Source of the DNA: an uncultured Gammaproteobacteria bacterium
Lineage (GTDB): Bacteria > Patescibacteriota > Patescibacteriia > UBA9570
DNA length: 64,000 bases
Direction: 5' to 3'
Assembly: GCA_964385285.1 (NCBI GenBank)
Contig: CAYLOJ010000005.1
Span: 493-64,492 of the forward strand
The position numbers were made by a program, and so were the translations under genes. This document shows positions 8,919 through 19,880 of the stretch, in pieces. The notes below the pieces were generated by a model, which was not told the origin of the DNA, did not search any database, and saw only the letters and a list, made by a program, of their open reading frames with translations. Every line of letters begins with the position of its first letter. The first letter of the stretch is position 1.

Positions 8919-10583
8919 ATGACTGTCCGTAGTAAATTATGGCTTACCTTTAGTGGCATCATCTTGCTGGCGGCAGTGTCTGCAGTAGTGGTGTATCCTA
9001 ATGCTCCCGACCTTACTTGGAAAGGTAAGTTAGTACGGGAAATCAAGGTGCAATTGGGCTTGGATCTTCAAGGTGGTACAGCATTAGTTTATGAAGCTGA
9101 TCTATCTAAAATCACAGCCGGTGAAGAAGCTGAGGCATTAGCCGGTGTACGCGATGTCATTGAGCGACGCGTGAACGCTTTTGGTGTGTCTGAGCCTTTA
9201 GTACAAACTAGTCGTTCCGGTACGGCGTGGCGTGTCTTAGTAGAATTGCCAGGCATCACTGATGTGAATGCTGCGATTAAACAAATTGGTGAAACTCCAA
9301 CCTTAGAATTTAAGACGGAAGCCGCTGATCAATCCCTCAGCGACGAACAGGCAACCTTTATTACAAGCCTGAACGATCAAAACAAAGAGCAGGCCAATAC
9401 GTTATTGGATCAAGCAAAAGGTGGTTCTGATTTTGCCACGCTTTCGGCCGATTATTACACAGCGTTAGGTTATGTGGCACGTGCCACGCTAGACCCTGTG
9501 GTTGCCGATGCGGCCTTTGCAGCGAATAGTGGGGAAGTAGTGCCAACTGTCGTAGAAACCGCGGATGCGTATTATGTCTTGAAAGTGGAAGACAAAACTA
9601 CCGGTGTTTTGGATGTCTTAAATGGGATCAGTACTACTGCCCCAGAAGGTGCCGCTACCGTTGAGGCGGTCAAACTGAGTCAGATTGAGTTAGCAAAATA
9701 TCCCTTAGATGCCAGTTTGTTTGGTCCTCAATATGATGATACGCAGCTAACTGGGCAACAACTCGATCAAGCGACCGTTACTTTTGATCAAACGACTTCA
9801 GCGCCGATTGTTTCACTACAGTTTAACAGTGAAGGAGCTGATCTATTTGAACAGATCACCTCAAATAATATTGGAAAAACTATTGCCATCTATTTAGACG
9901 GTCAAGCGATTAGTACGCCGGTTGTGAATCAGGCTATCTCTGGTGGCCAAGCTGTCATTTCTGGAAACTTTACCTTGGACGAAGCCAAAACATTAGCACG
10001 TCGCTTAAATGAAGGAGCTCTACCAGTGCCTGTGACGTTGGTCAACCAGCGTAATATTGGCCCCAGTTTGGGGGCAGAGGCCTTAGAGCGTAGTGTATTT
10101 GCAGGTTTATTAGCCATGGTCTGTTTAGCAGTCTTCATGATTGGCTACTACCGTTATCCAGGTTTATTAGCCATGGCAGCACTTACCATCTACGGAGTAG
10201 TGTTGCTCGCGATCTTTAAACTTTGGCCGATCACATTAACCTTATCCGGAATCGCCGGCTTTATATTGTCGCTTGGGATGGCCGTAGATGCTAATGTGTT
10301 AATTTTTGAACGCACAAAAGAAGAATTGCGTAGCGGCAAAGATCTTCAAACTGCTATTAATGATGGCTTTAAACGGGCTTGGCTATCCATTCGTGATTCC
10401 AACGTCTCCTCGTTGATTACTTGTATTATTCTGAGTTGGTTTGGTACCTCAGTGATTAAAGGATTCGCGGTCACGCTAGCCATTGGTATCGTCCTCAGTA
10501 TGTTTACGGCTATTACGGTGACTCGGACATTCTTAAAAATCTTACCCGTCAAACATACCCGCTGGTACGGTGTAAAACAATAA
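8919..10583 (+). CDS. secD: protein translocase subunit SecD
   Basis: LGLDLQGG, RRVNAFGVSEP, GALPVP, GMAVDANVLIFER. Confidence 0.97.
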   Translation: MTVRSKLWLTFSGIILLAAVSAVVVYPNAPDLTWKGKLVREIKVQLGLDLQGGTALVYEADLSKITAGEEAEALAGVRDVIERRVNAFGVSEPLVQTSRSGTAWRVLVELPGITDVNAAIKQIGETPTLEFKTEAADQSLSDEQATFITSLNDQNKEQANTLLDQAKGGSDFATLSADYYTALGYVARATLDPVVADAAFAANSGEVVPTVVETADAYYVLKVEDKTTGVLDVLNGISTTAPEGAATVEAVKLSQIELAKYPLDASLFGPQYDDTQLTGQQLDQATVTFDQTTSAPIVSLQFNSEGADLFEQITSNNIGKTIAIYLDGQAISTPVVNQAISGGQAVISGNFTLDEAKTLARRLNEGALPVPVTLVNQRNIGPSLGAEALERSVFAGLLAMVCLAVFMIGYYRYPGLLAMAALTIYGVVLLAIFKLWPITLTLSGIAGFILSLGMAVDANVLIFERTKEELRSGKDLQTAINDGFKRAWLSIRDSNVSSLITCIILSWFGTSVIKGFAVTLAIGIVLSMFTAITVTRTFLKILPVKHTRWYGVKQ

Positions 10584-10587
10584 TTTT

Positions 10588-11472
10588 ATGGGCATTCTTC
10601 GTTTACGTTACATCTGGTACACCATCTCTGCTCTGCTTGTAAGTGCGAGCATCGTTGCCATGTTTGTGTATGGGTTCAAATTAGGGATTGATTTTACTGG
10701 TGGAACCTTACTACAAATACATTACACAGTTGAGCGCCCTACGATTACTGAACTTACTGAACAATTACAACCGTTAAATCTTGGTGAGACACTTATTGAA
10801 CCAGTGAATGCAGACGGCTACATTATTAAGACTCAGTTCATTAATGATGATCAGCGAGTGGCTATTCTGCAAGCGTTAGGGAGCAACGCGGTCGAAGATA
10901 GTTTTGAAACGGTTGGTCCGACCATTGGTCAAGAATTGCGTCAGAAAGCGGTGACCGCGATTGTGCTCGTGATGTTGGCTATTGTGATCTATATCGCCTG
11001 GGCCTTTCGAGGCGTTTCAAAAGGGCCGGTGCCATCCTGGGCCTTTGGCTTGTCCGCGATTATCGCCTTATTCCATGATGTTCTTATCCCGTTGGGTGTG
11101 TTTGCTGTATTAGGGGAGTGGCTCGGCGTGGAAGTGAATGTGATGTTTATTACGGCTTTGTTAACCATCCTGGGTTTTTCTATACATGATACGATTGTAG
11201 TGTTTGATCGTATTCGAGAAAATTTGCGTCGTAGTAGTCAAGTTACCTTTGCAGGCGTCATTGGTGAGAGTATTCAACAGACTTTAATGCGTTCATTAAA
11301 TACCTCAGTTACCGTAGTCATTGTGCTGGCAGTATTACTACTCTTTGGTGGGGAGTCGATTCGCTATTTCATCCTAGCCTTAATGATTGGCATTGGAGTT
11401 GGTACCTATTCTTCTATTTTTATTGCTTCGCCATCGCTATTGATTTGGCAAAAATTGTTACGCAAGCACTAG
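10588..11472 (+). CDS. secF: protein translocase subunit SecF
   Basis: LGIDFTGG, VGPTIGQEL, DTIVVFDRIREN, GTYSSIFIA. Confidence 0.97.
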   Translation: MGILRLRYIWYTISALLVSASIVAMFVYGFKLGIDFTGGTLLQIHYTVERPTITELTEQLQPLNLGETLIEPVNADGYIIKTQFINDDQRVAILQALGSNAVEDSFETVGPTIGQELRQKAVTAIVLVMLAIVIYIAWAFRGVSKGPVPSWAFGLSAIIALFHDVLIPLGVFAVLGEWLGVEVNVMFITALLTILGFSIHDTIVVFDRIRENLRRSSQVTFAGVIGESIQQTLMRSLNTSVTVVIVLAVLLLFGGESIRYFILALMIGIGVGTYSSIFIASPSLLIWQKLLRKH

Positions 11473-11492
11473 TCTTGCGTTATGAAACATAT

Positions 11493-11521
11493 TTGACAGT
11501 TTGTAAAAGAAATGATATACT
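11493..11521 (+). promoter_or_regulatory. sigma70 promoter
   Basis: TTGACA-17 nt-TATACT with extended TG. Confidence 0.8.
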
Positions 11522-11554
11522 ATTAAATGTAGTTATCATTAGATTTTGATGTTT

Positions 11555-12673
11555 ATGGATAATGCAGGTTCAATTTTGGATCGTATTATTGCCAGCAAAG
11601 AAGATCAAGAGAAGCAGGAATTTCAGCCTTTAGAGGTGATTCGTGGTTTGCTTAGTGTACTAAGTGAAAAAGAAGCCGATGTCTTACAGCGACGCTACGG
11701 ATTAAATGGAGTGGCCAAAGAAACGTTAGAGGCGATTGGTGCTTCATACCACGTGACACGTGAACGCATCCGTCAAATTGAAAACTTGGCGGTGAAGAAG
11801 ATTAAAGACGATTCCACATTTCTCTCAGTCATTAAACCCGTTGAGCATGTAATTATCAGCACCATCGAGGAGCATGGTGGAATTATGCAGGAAGAGCATC
11901 TACTCAATGAACTGATGCCAAGCAACCGTACAGCTGCCTTTGATCAAGCCTTAGTCTTCCTACTCACTGAATTATTAGATGATCGTGTTTCTAAGGTTGG
12001 ACCTGATAAGGTTTTCATGAAAGGTTGGCGTGTTAAAACTGCCGATCTCCATTTTATTGGAGATGCTTTAGAGATGTTAGCCAAAACGATTCGTGAAGCT
12101 AATCTGCCGCTAGATTTGGCTGCTTTACTAGAGCGTATTCAGACCGATAGTTTTTATCTGCAGCATGCGGAGCGGCTGAGTGAAAAAACCATCCTCGCTA
12201 TTTTGGAAGTCAGTGCGGTGATTGATCATAACCCGTTTGATGAATATGGTTTGCGTGAGTGGGGTAGTGTAGTGCCTAAACGCATGAACGATAAGATCTA
12301 TCTCATTTTAAAGAAAGTGGGCAAGCCGATGCATTTCATTGATATTGCTAAACAAATTAGTGAAGTGTTTGGCAAAGAAGCTTACCCTCCCACCGTGCAT
12401 AATGAGTTGATCTTAAATAGTCATTATGTGCTGGTCGGACGTGGCATTTATGCCTTGTCGGAGTGGGGGTATGAAAAAGGTGTTGTAGCTGATGTGATCT
12501 CCACAGTATTGCAAGTGAAAGGCAGTCCAATGACACGTGATCAAATTGTCCAAGCGGTGTTAGAACGTAGAATTGTCAAGAAAAACACTATTCATTTAGC
12601 GCTCACTAATAAGAAATTATTTAGTAAGTTGCCCGACGGCCGTTACACCTTAGCGCCGCAGGCAGCCGAATAG
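11555..12673 (+). CDS. sigma70 region 4-like HTH protein with C-terminal winged-helix domains
   Basis: RRYGL...TLEAIGASYHVTRERIRQIE; HNELI..YVLVGRGIYALSEWG; start could be 11546-11555. Confidence 0.8.
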   Translation: MDNAGSILDRIIASKEDQEKQEFQPLEVIRGLLSVLSEKEADVLQRRYGLNGVAKETLEAIGASYHVTRERIRQIENLAVKKIKDDSTFLSVIKPVEHVIISTIEEHGGIMQEEHLLNELMPSNRTAAFDQALVFLLTELLDDRVSKVGPDKVFMKGWRVKTADLHFIGDALEMLAKTIREANLPLDLAALLERIQTDSFYLQHAERLSEKTILAILEVSAVIDHNPFDEYGLREWGSVVPKRMNDKIYLILKKVGKPMHFIDIAKQISEVFGKEAYPPTVHNELILNSHYVLVGRGIYALSEWGYEKGVVADVISTVLQVKGSPMTRDQIVQAVLERRIVKKNTIHLALTNKKLFSKLPDGRYTLAPQAAE

Positions 12674-12677
12674 CAAT

Positions 12678-14237
12678 ATGCCGATTTGGCTGGAGACGAT
12701 CATTACTGAATATGGCAGCAACCCGTTCAAGGCGTTGTGGTTTGTGTTGGGTCACGGCGGTGCCTTGATTTTCATTCCAATCATGATCAAGATGGCCACT
12801 ACTGGCTGGATCTTTTGGTTGCAGGAAGTGTACAAACACCATATGCCTCATACGATGTATCGAGTAGAGGTGCCGCAGAACAATGAACAGAGTATGAAGG
12901 CCGTTGAACAGATTTTTGTGCAGTTGTATGGTTCCTACAATGAACCAGACTGGTGGGAAAAATGGTGGCTTGGCTTTGTGCAGGAAGAGTTTTCGTTTGA
13001 GATTGTTAGTGATGGTGGCTATATTACTTTTTATGTTCGCACTCCCACTAAATACAAAGAAATTTTGCAGTCAGCTTTTTATTCGCATTATCCAGATGCT
13101 ATCTTAACTGAGGTGGAGGATTATACCAAAGAAATTACAGTAGACATGATTAATGACGGGAAGGTGAAAGTCTGGGGCTCGGAAATGAAATTAGAAAACG
13201 ATGACGTTCAGCCAATTAAACCGTATCCGGCATTTGAACATCAGCTAACCGGTAAGGCAGTGGATCCGATGGCTAATATGTTAGAGTTGATGAGCCGCAT
13301 GCAACCTGGAGAAAAATTGTGGTATCAAATTATGGCCCAACCTACCAGTTTGGCACACTTGAAGCATCGTTCAGAGGCAGCGATCACAGCAATTGTTGAT
13401 CCTGGTAAAGCGGCGCATCATGGTGGGCCAGATATCTTAGACCACGTGACCAAGTTTGTCTGGATGGTCTTGGGTGGTATCCATAAAATTCTTTTTGGTG
13501 GCGAGGATGATGGTGGTGGTCATGAAGAAAAACCGGCCGGCCGTGAACGTTTAACTGGGCCAGAAAAAGAGTTTGTGGAGGAAGTCGATAAGAAAGCTTC
13601 CCGCTGGCCGTATCATACCAAAATTCGCTTTATGTATTTTGCTGCTCCTAAAATTTATGATGCAACGAAGGCACGTCGTGGTATGTTGGGTGCGTTTCGA
13701 TTGTATCGTTTTATTAATGCCTTTGCTGAAGGAACATTAACGCGCACAGATTGGGGTTGTTTACCGTACCGCTATATTCGTCCTGAACCACGATTACTGG
13801 CTCGAGCGCGCCATATGTTTTGGGCATATCGTTCACGGGACATGGAGCGTGGCGAACATGAAGGGTTTATACTGAGTACCGAAGAGTTGACTGCGATCTA
13901 TCACTTCCCATCGATTGATGTACGTGCTCCGTATGTGGCCAAAGCCCAATCACGTGGTGTGGAGCCACCAACGCTATTACGCTATGACGAAGGTGAGGCG
14001 GAACCGGGTATGGGGGTACAGATGGAGAAGGGTAGTACAGACCGAGTAATGACATCTGGTAGTGGAGTACTCTTAGAGCCGCCTACCAGTGTACTAGGTA
14101 GTGAACCGCCGCTAGTAGCACGACCCCGCGTGACCTTAGCGCAACCTGAAGATGTCCCTACGGAAGGTAGCTCTGAAGACCGTGCTGGCGTTCCCGGAGC
14201 AGATAGTGACGCCCCATCTAATTTACCGTTTGTATAA
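12678..14237 (+). CDS. membrane-anchored partner of the CPR VirD4/HerA-like ATPase
   Basis: N-terminal TM; FSFEIVS, SAFYSHYPDA, ILSTEELTAIYHFP motifs recalled from CPR ATPase-associated proteins; directly upstream of the ATPase. Confidence 0.6.
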   Translation: MPIWLETIITEYGSNPFKALWFVLGHGGALIFIPIMIKMATTGWIFWLQEVYKHHMPHTMYRVEVPQNNEQSMKAVEQIFVQLYGSYNEPDWWEKWWLGFVQEEFSFEIVSDGGYITFYVRTPTKYKEILQSAFYSHYPDAILTEVEDYTKEITVDMINDGKVKVWGSEMKLENDDVQPIKPYPAFEHQLTGKAVDPMANMLELMSRMQPGEKLWYQIMAQPTSLAHLKHRSEAAITAIVDPGKAAHHGGPDILDHVTKFVWMVLGGIHKILFGGEDDGGGHEEKPAGRERLTGPEKEFVEEVDKKASRWPYHTKIRFMYFAAPKIYDATKARRGMLGAFRLYRFINAFAEGTLTRTDWGCLPYRYIRPEPRLLARARHMFWAYRSRDMERGEHEGFILSTEELTAIYHFPSIDVRAPYVAKAQSRGVEPPTLLRYDEGEAEPGMGVQMEKGSTDRVMTSGSGVLLEPPTSVLGSEPPLVARPRVTLAQPEDVPTEGSSEDRAGVPGADSDAPSNLPFV

Positions 14238-14242
14238 TACTT

Positions 14243-16621
14243 ATGTCTGCAGATATTACAGTCTTTGCCGAAACTAATTTCCGTAACCAACGACGTAAGT
14301 TTGGTATTAAGCGCGATGACCGTCGTCGTCATATGTACGTGGTGGGTAAAACCGGTATGGGTAAATCGACCTTGCTGGAAAATATGATTATTGCCGATAT
14401 CCGCGCTGGTAATGGGTTGGCAGTCGTTGATCCGCACGGCGATCTGGCGGAAAAAATTCTAGAATATATTCCGAATAATCGGGTAAACGATGTAATCTAT
14501 TTTAATCCATCGGATACAAAATTTCCGATCGCCTTCAATATTTTGGAGAGCATTGGCGAAGATTACAAACATTTAGTGGCCTACGGCTTAGTCGGTGTGT
14601 TCAAGAAAATCTGGGCAGATTCGTGGGGTCCTCGTATGGAATATATTATGACCAACACTATCTTGGCGCTGTTGGAGTATCCCGGTAGTACGTTGTTAGG
14701 GTTAATGCGCATGTTGGTAGACAAAACCTATCGCAAAAAGGTTGTTTCCAAAATTCAGGATCCGGTCGTAAAAACCTTCTGGGCAGATGAGTACGCAAAT
14801 TATTCTGAAAAGTTCCGTACAGAGGCGATTGCTCCGATCCAAAACAAAGTCGGTCAATTTTTAGCTTCTGCCATTATTCGTAATATCGTTGGACAATCGA
14901 AAAGTACGATTGAGATGCGCGATATTATGGATAAGCAGAAGATTCTGATTATGAATCTAGCGAAAGGCCGTATTGGTGAAGAAAACTCCGCGTTGTTAGG
15001 CGCAATGATGATTACAAAATTGCAGATTGCCGCGATGAGTCGTGTGGATATTCCAGAACCAGATCGTAAGGATTTTTATCTCTATGTTGATGAGTTTCAG
15101 AACTTTGCCACCGATAGTTTTGCGGGAATTTTATCTGAAGCGCGTAAATATCGGTTGTGTTTAATTATGGCTCATCAGTACTTTGAGCAGCTGGGAGATG
15201 TGGTGAAAGCCGCTGTGTTCGGTAACGTTGGTACGATGATTGTATTTCGCGTAGGTGCGGCGGATGCTGCGGAATTAGAACTGGAATTTGCTCCGCAGTT
15301 CTTGCCAACGGATATTGTAAACCTGAAAAAGTATACTTTTTGCTTGCGTCTGATGGTGGATGGCGTTGCAACCGAACCTTTTTCTGGCATTGGTTTAGCG
15401 CCGGCGTCAGGTGCTACTAGTAACCGAGATAAAATTATTAAGGTGTCACGTGAACGCTATGCGCGTCCACAGGAGATGGTAGAAGATCGTATCATTCGGT
15501 GGAGTGGTGTAGAAATTACCAAACCCGGTGCTACTCCGGTTGATGGTGCACCAGTTGATGATAACAATGATGAAGGGGATGATATGAACTGGCCTGAACC
15601 CACTTGGAAAAATGATCTGCCAGATGATGAGTTAGCGGATATTAGTCCGATTGTGGCAGTGCCAGGCGGTGTGAATGTGGAAGCACCGGTAGCTAATACT
15701 AGCAGTGCCTTTGTAAATGCGGATGGATTTATTCCTGGTGATCACGCTCCTACAATCACAAAAACCCCTACTGAGATGCCAGTGGTCAAAGCTGAGCCTG
15801 TTGTGAAATTGGCTCCCGAGCCGATCAGTGAGGTGCCAGCCGCAGTAACAGCTAGTACAACAGAAGCCAATCGTCCGCGGATTAGCTTTATTAACCATCT
15901 ACCATCTTCTTTGGCGACTGAACCTGTGGAAGAACCTCAACCGGTTGTTGCTGTACCGGTAGTGGATACACCCACACCTACAGTTATGCCTGTTCAACCT
16001 ATTGCACCGACCAAACCACAGCCGCAGGTGAAACAGGCCGTTACTCCACCCACATCTGTTCCGGTAGCACCACAACCTAAAGTGCAACCGATTGCGTCAA
16101 TCAAACCCCCCGTGGTGGCTCCTGTGCAATCCGCCGCACCGATCAAGCCAGCCGCGCCACGTGTTGTACTTGAAACAGAGCCAGACGCTACGGATGATGA
16201 AGGCGATGAGGATACTGACGATGAGGATACTGAAGGTACTGACACTAGTGGTCCAAGTGTTTCTTTGCAGGCACTCAAACAGGGTAATGTCCAATCCGTA
16301 AAATTTTCTGGTGCTCAGAATACTAGTGGTAGTAATAATGGGGTAGGTAATAGTAATTCTGGTGGTGGCGATCCAGCAAAACGTAAACGGAAGCGTAAAC
16401 GGAAGCGTGGAAATGGCAGTGGTAATCCTAGTACCCCTGGTGTTAATCCCGTTGCTGCAACGAGCAACCCTCAACCTAAACAAACTTTTTCTGCGGAAGC
16501 CAGGCCGCGTGCTCAAACTCCTCAACCTAGCCCTGCAGCTAAGCCTGTGGCTCCAGCGCCAACTCCTAAACCAGCCGTCAGTGCTGATACCACTAAAGTA
16601 CAGTGGGGCGATCTATTATGA
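14243..16621 (+). CDS. VirD4/TraG/HerA-like (DUF87, TrwB-type) ATPase with long disordered tail
   Basis: Walker A GKTGMGKS, DPHGD, Walker B LYVDEFQNF, EARKYRL, AHQ; Pro-rich C-terminal about 360 aa. Confidence 0.88.
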   Translation: MSADITVFAETNFRNQRRKFGIKRDDRRRHMYVVGKTGMGKSTLLENMIIADIRAGNGLAVVDPHGDLAEKILEYIPNNRVNDVIYFNPSDTKFPIAFNILESIGEDYKHLVAYGLVGVFKKIWADSWGPRMEYIMTNTILALLEYPGSTLLGLMRMLVDKTYRKKVVSKIQDPVVKTFWADEYANYSEKFRTEAIAPIQNKVGQFLASAIIRNIVGQSKSTIEMRDIMDKQKILIMNLAKGRIGEENSALLGAMMITKLQIAAMSRVDIPEPDRKDFYLYVDEFQNFATDSFAGILSEARKYRLCLIMAHQYFEQLGDVVKAAVFGNVGTMIVFRVGAADAAELELEFAPQFLPTDIVNLKKYTFCLRLMVDGVATEPFSGIGLAPASGATSNRDKIIKVSRERYARPQEMVEDRIIRWSGVEITKPGATPVDGAPVDDNNDEGDDMNWPEPTWKNDLPDDELADISPIVAVPGGVNVEAPVANTSSAFVNADGFIPGDHAPTITKTPTEMPVVKAEPVVKLAPEPISEVPAAVTASTTEANRPRISFINHLPSSLATEPVEEPQPVVAVPVVDTPTPTVMPVQPIAPTKPQPQVKQAVTPPTSVPVAPQPKVQPIASIKPPVVAPVQSAAPIKPAAPRVVLETEPDATDDEGDEDTDDEDTEGTDTSGPSVSLQALKQGNVQSVKFSGAQNTSGSNNGVGNSNSGGGDPAKRKRKRKRKRGNGSGNPSTPGVNPVAATSNPQPKQTFSAEARPRAQTPQPSPAAKPVAPAPTPKPAVSADTTKVQWGDLL
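16379..16408 (+). repeat. coding microrepeat encoding (KR)5
   Basis: CGTAAACGGAAG twice plus CGT, within the ATPase tail. Confidence 0.6.
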
Positions 16622-18210
16622 TCTTGGCGACTTGTTCGCAGTGCCAACAAGCGTTTTCCATTTTTGAGCAAGATCAGACCTTTTACAAGCGTCTTGGAGT
16701 GCCAAATCCTGTACGCTGTCCGCAATGTCGATTTCAGTTGCGCATGTCATTTCGGAATGAACGGTTTCTCTACCAGCGGAATTGTGCGTTGTGCCATAAG
16801 GTCACTTTGTCACAATATTCACCAGATAAACCCTATGTCATTTATTGTCGTGCCTGTTGGTGGAGCGATCAATGGGATCCACTATCATTCGGACAGCCTA
16901 TCGATTGGTCTAGACCTTTTTTTGAGCAGCTGGCGGAGCTAAAGTTGCACACGCCGCGACTTGCATTACTGAACGATGGTGATAGTGAAAATAGTGAATA
17001 TTGTAACCGTGTGAATAAGCTGAAAAATTGCTACATGATCTTTGATGCTGTGGGGAATGAAAATTGTAGTTACGGTGCTGGCTTATACGGCAATCGAGAC
17101 AGCGTAGATTGTGATTATTGTGATCGCGTTGAGTTATGTTATGACTGTAGTTATTGCACAGAATGCTATAACCTAAAATTCAGCCGGGAGAGTGTGAATT
17201 GTCGAGACAGTGAGTACTTACTCGATTGCGTTGGTGTCTCTAATTCATTGATGTGTGTTGGTTTGCGGAATGTAGAGTATCATTATAAAAATAAACCGGT
17301 CACACCAGCGGAACTGAACCGACTACGACAGATGCCCCACAGCAGTGCTGAGTTTGAGCAATTTGCTTTAAACATGCCACGGCGCTACTACAATGGTGTA
17401 AATAACGCTGATAGTAGTGGTGATCATTTGGTAAATACACACGCTGTCCAAAACTCCTTTCAAGTGCGAGATTCTGAAAACTGTAGCTACTGTTATGGCG
17501 TGCATCACAGTAAGGATTCTTACGATTATACGATTTGGGGCGAACAAGCCGAACTGATGTATGAAGCGCATGCCTGTGGTGGACAGACAACACGCACCTT
17601 ATTTGGCAATGTGGTTTGGTACGGACACGATACCTATTATTGCGACCACTGCTTGAATGGAGCTGTAGATTGTTTTGGCTGCATTGGTTTAAAGAATCAA
17701 TCAAACTGTATTCTGAATAGATCATATTCTCCCGAAGTGTACCAAGCCACCAAAGATAAATTAATTGAACACATGAAAGCGACGGGTGAGTGGGGTCAAT
17801 TTTTTCCGGAGCGTTTGAGCGATTTTGCATATAATGAAACGATGGCTCAAGAATTCTTTCCGCTGACCAAAGCACAAGCTCTAACCCGAGGTTGGCAGTG
17901 GCAGGATCACTTACCCGGTATCTATGGTAAGGCTGATGCGGGTAAGCAGATCTATGATTGCATCGATTGTAGGAAGAATTTTAAATTGGTGACAGCAGAG
18001 CTAGAGTTCTATCAAAAACAGGGTATTCCTGCACCATCGCGCTGTCCGGATTGTCGGCACGCTGCCAGAATGCGATACAGGCCACCCTACCAACTATGGG
18101 AGCGCAGCTGCATGAACACGGGCTGCACGAATCGTTTCCAAACCGCTTATAGTCCAGAACGTAAAGAGATCATCTATTGTGATAGCTGCTATAAACAGTT
18201 AGTCTATTAA
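16618..18210 (+). CDS. Cys-rich zinc-ribbon repeat protein, paralog 1
   Basis: ATG overlaps the ATPase TGA (ATGA); CxxC..FY..CPxCR, RNER, CWWSDxW, C-terminal YCxxCY. Confidence 0.85.
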   Translation: MILATCSQCQQAFSIFEQDQTFYKRLGVPNPVRCPQCRFQLRMSFRNERFLYQRNCALCHKVTLSQYSPDKPYVIYCRACWWSDQWDPLSFGQPIDWSRPFFEQLAELKLHTPRLALLNDGDSENSEYCNRVNKLKNCYMIFDAVGNENCSYGAGLYGNRDSVDCDYCDRVELCYDCSYCTECYNLKFSRESVNCRDSEYLLDCVGVSNSLMCVGLRNVEYHYKNKPVTPAELNRLRQMPHSSAEFEQFALNMPRRYYNGVNNADSSGDHLVNTHAVQNSFQVRDSENCSYCYGVHHSKDSYDYTIWGEQAELMYEAHACGGQTTRTLFGNVVWYGHDTYYCDHCLNGAVDCFGCIGLKNQSNCILNRSYSPEVYQATKDKLIEHMKATGEWGQFFPERLSDFAYNETMAQEFFPLTKAQALTRGWQWQDHLPGIYGKADAGKQIYDCIDCRKNFKLVTAELEFYQKQGIPAPSRCPDCRHAARMRYRPPYQLWERSCMNTGCTNRFQTAYSPERKEIIYCDSCYKQLVY

Positions 18211-18211
18211 T

Positions 18212-19867
18212 ATGTCGTCGAACTGTCGACACTGTCAGTCTGCATTTGTAATCACGAGCAGTGACCAAGCTTATTATGATCGCATCGCCGTACCGGCACC
18301 AACCCTATGCCCGCGTTGTCGTTTGCAGCGTCGCCTAAACATGCGCAATGAACGTGTCTTGTATCGACGCTCATGCGATTTGACCAGTGAATCAATCGTG
18401 ACCATTTTTTCACCGGATAGCCCATATACGGTGTATAGCCAAAGCGCTTGGTGGAGCGATCGTTGGGATCAACTAAAATTTGGCCGGGAGATGGATTTTA
18501 CTCAGCCCTTCTTCGCGCAGTTAAAAGCTTTGCAACTACAGCAGCCGCGCATGGCCTTACTCGCCAAAGATAGCGAGAATTCTGAATATACTAATCATTC
18601 TGCTTACAACAAAAATTGTTATTTAGGTTTTTCTGTGGTGAATTGTGAAGACGTAGCGTACGGATTCATGAATTTTAAATGTCAAAATTTAGTGGATTGC
18701 AGTTACATGTATGATCATAGCGAGCTGTGTTATGAATCTTTCTATGGACACGGAAATTATCGCTGTGCTTACACCACGCTTTGTCGGAATTGCACGAATG
18801 TTTGGTTTAGTTTTGATCTAAGTGGTTGTAAGGATTGCTTCTTGTCATATAACCTGCGCAATAAGCAATATTGTTTTTTAAATCAGCAATTAACTGCCGT
18901 TGAATATCAGCAGCGCGTGGCTGAGTATCAAACCATGACCTATGAGCAACAGCAGGGTCTTATTCAACAATGGCGGATGCTAATGGCTACGCAAGCCGTG
19001 CATCAAGCAACTCATCAAATTCATTGTTCAGACACCACGGGTAATTATCTGGCGCGGTGTCATCAAGTGCACGAAGGATATTATGTATCCGAGGCAGAAA
19101 ATTGTAGTTATGTAGCGCAAGCGGAAAATATTAAAGATTGTGTTGATGTAACCAATGTAGCACCGGCCGAAGCCTGTTATGAGGTTGCGGCTATTATTAA
19201 TGATAATCATTGCAAGTTTACCAACTACTCATATGATGATAGTTTCTTAGAATATTGCGATCACGTATTTAATTCACAACATCTCTTTGGTTGTGTTGGT
19301 CTAAATCGCCAGAAGTATTGTATTTTGAATCGGCAATATACGGAACCAGAATACGAGCGATTAAAAGCCAAATTAATCGCTTACATGAAAACGACGGGGG
19401 AGTACGGTGAGTTTTTCCCCTTAGGATATTCACCCTTTGCGTATAACGAAACGGTTGCCCAGGATTTTTTCCCTCTCACCAAAGCGCAAGCCCTAGCCTT
19501 GGGTGCTCAGTGGAATGATGCACTCGATCTCTTATCGCCAATTACCAATGGAGTAGATGCAAGTACATTGCCAGATACGATTGCTGGTGTTGAGGATGAT
19601 ATCCTGACTAAAACGTTGATATGCATTGTCTCTAAACGTGCCTATAAAATTCAACCCACTGAACTGTACCTGTATCGACAGCTGGGAATACCGTTGCCAC
19701 GTAAACATCCCGAAGTTCGGTTGAAGGAGCGCATGACCCAACGGGTCACCCCCGGTTTATTTGAACGCCAGTGCAACAAATGTTTACGGTCAGTGGCATC
19801 CAGTTTTGCAGCCGATCGTTCAGAGCGGATCTATTGTGCAAGCTGTTATCGCGAGGCCGTTTATTAG
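18212..19867 (+). CDS. Cys-rich zinc-ribbon repeat protein, paralog 2
   Basis: Same motif series; 1-nt gap from paralog 1. Confidence 0.85.
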   Translation: MSSNCRHCQSAFVITSSDQAYYDRIAVPAPTLCPRCRLQRRLNMRNERVLYRRSCDLTSESIVTIFSPDSPYTVYSQSAWWSDRWDQLKFGREMDFTQPFFAQLKALQLQQPRMALLAKDSENSEYTNHSAYNKNCYLGFSVVNCEDVAYGFMNFKCQNLVDCSYMYDHSELCYESFYGHGNYRCAYTTLCRNCTNVWFSFDLSGCKDCFLSYNLRNKQYCFLNQQLTAVEYQQRVAEYQTMTYEQQQGLIQQWRMLMATQAVHQATHQIHCSDTTGNYLARCHQVHEGYYVSEAENCSYVAQAENIKDCVDVTNVAPAEACYEVAAIINDNHCKFTNYSYDDSFLEYCDHVFNSQHLFGCVGLNRQKYCILNRQYTEPEYERLKAKLIAYMKTTGEYGEFFPLGYSPFAYNETVAQDFFPLTKAQALALGAQWNDALDLLSPITNGVDASTLPDTIAGVEDDILTKTLICIVSKRAYKIQPTELYLYRQLGIPLPRKHPEVRLKERMTQRVTPGLFERQCNKCLRSVASSFAADRSERIYCASCYREAVY

Positions 19868-19880
19868 CGTATACTATTAA

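Noticed and set aside
12678-16621. Conjugative element or ICE
   Set aside because: No relaxase, integrase, VirB core genes or att sites; composition matches the chromosome
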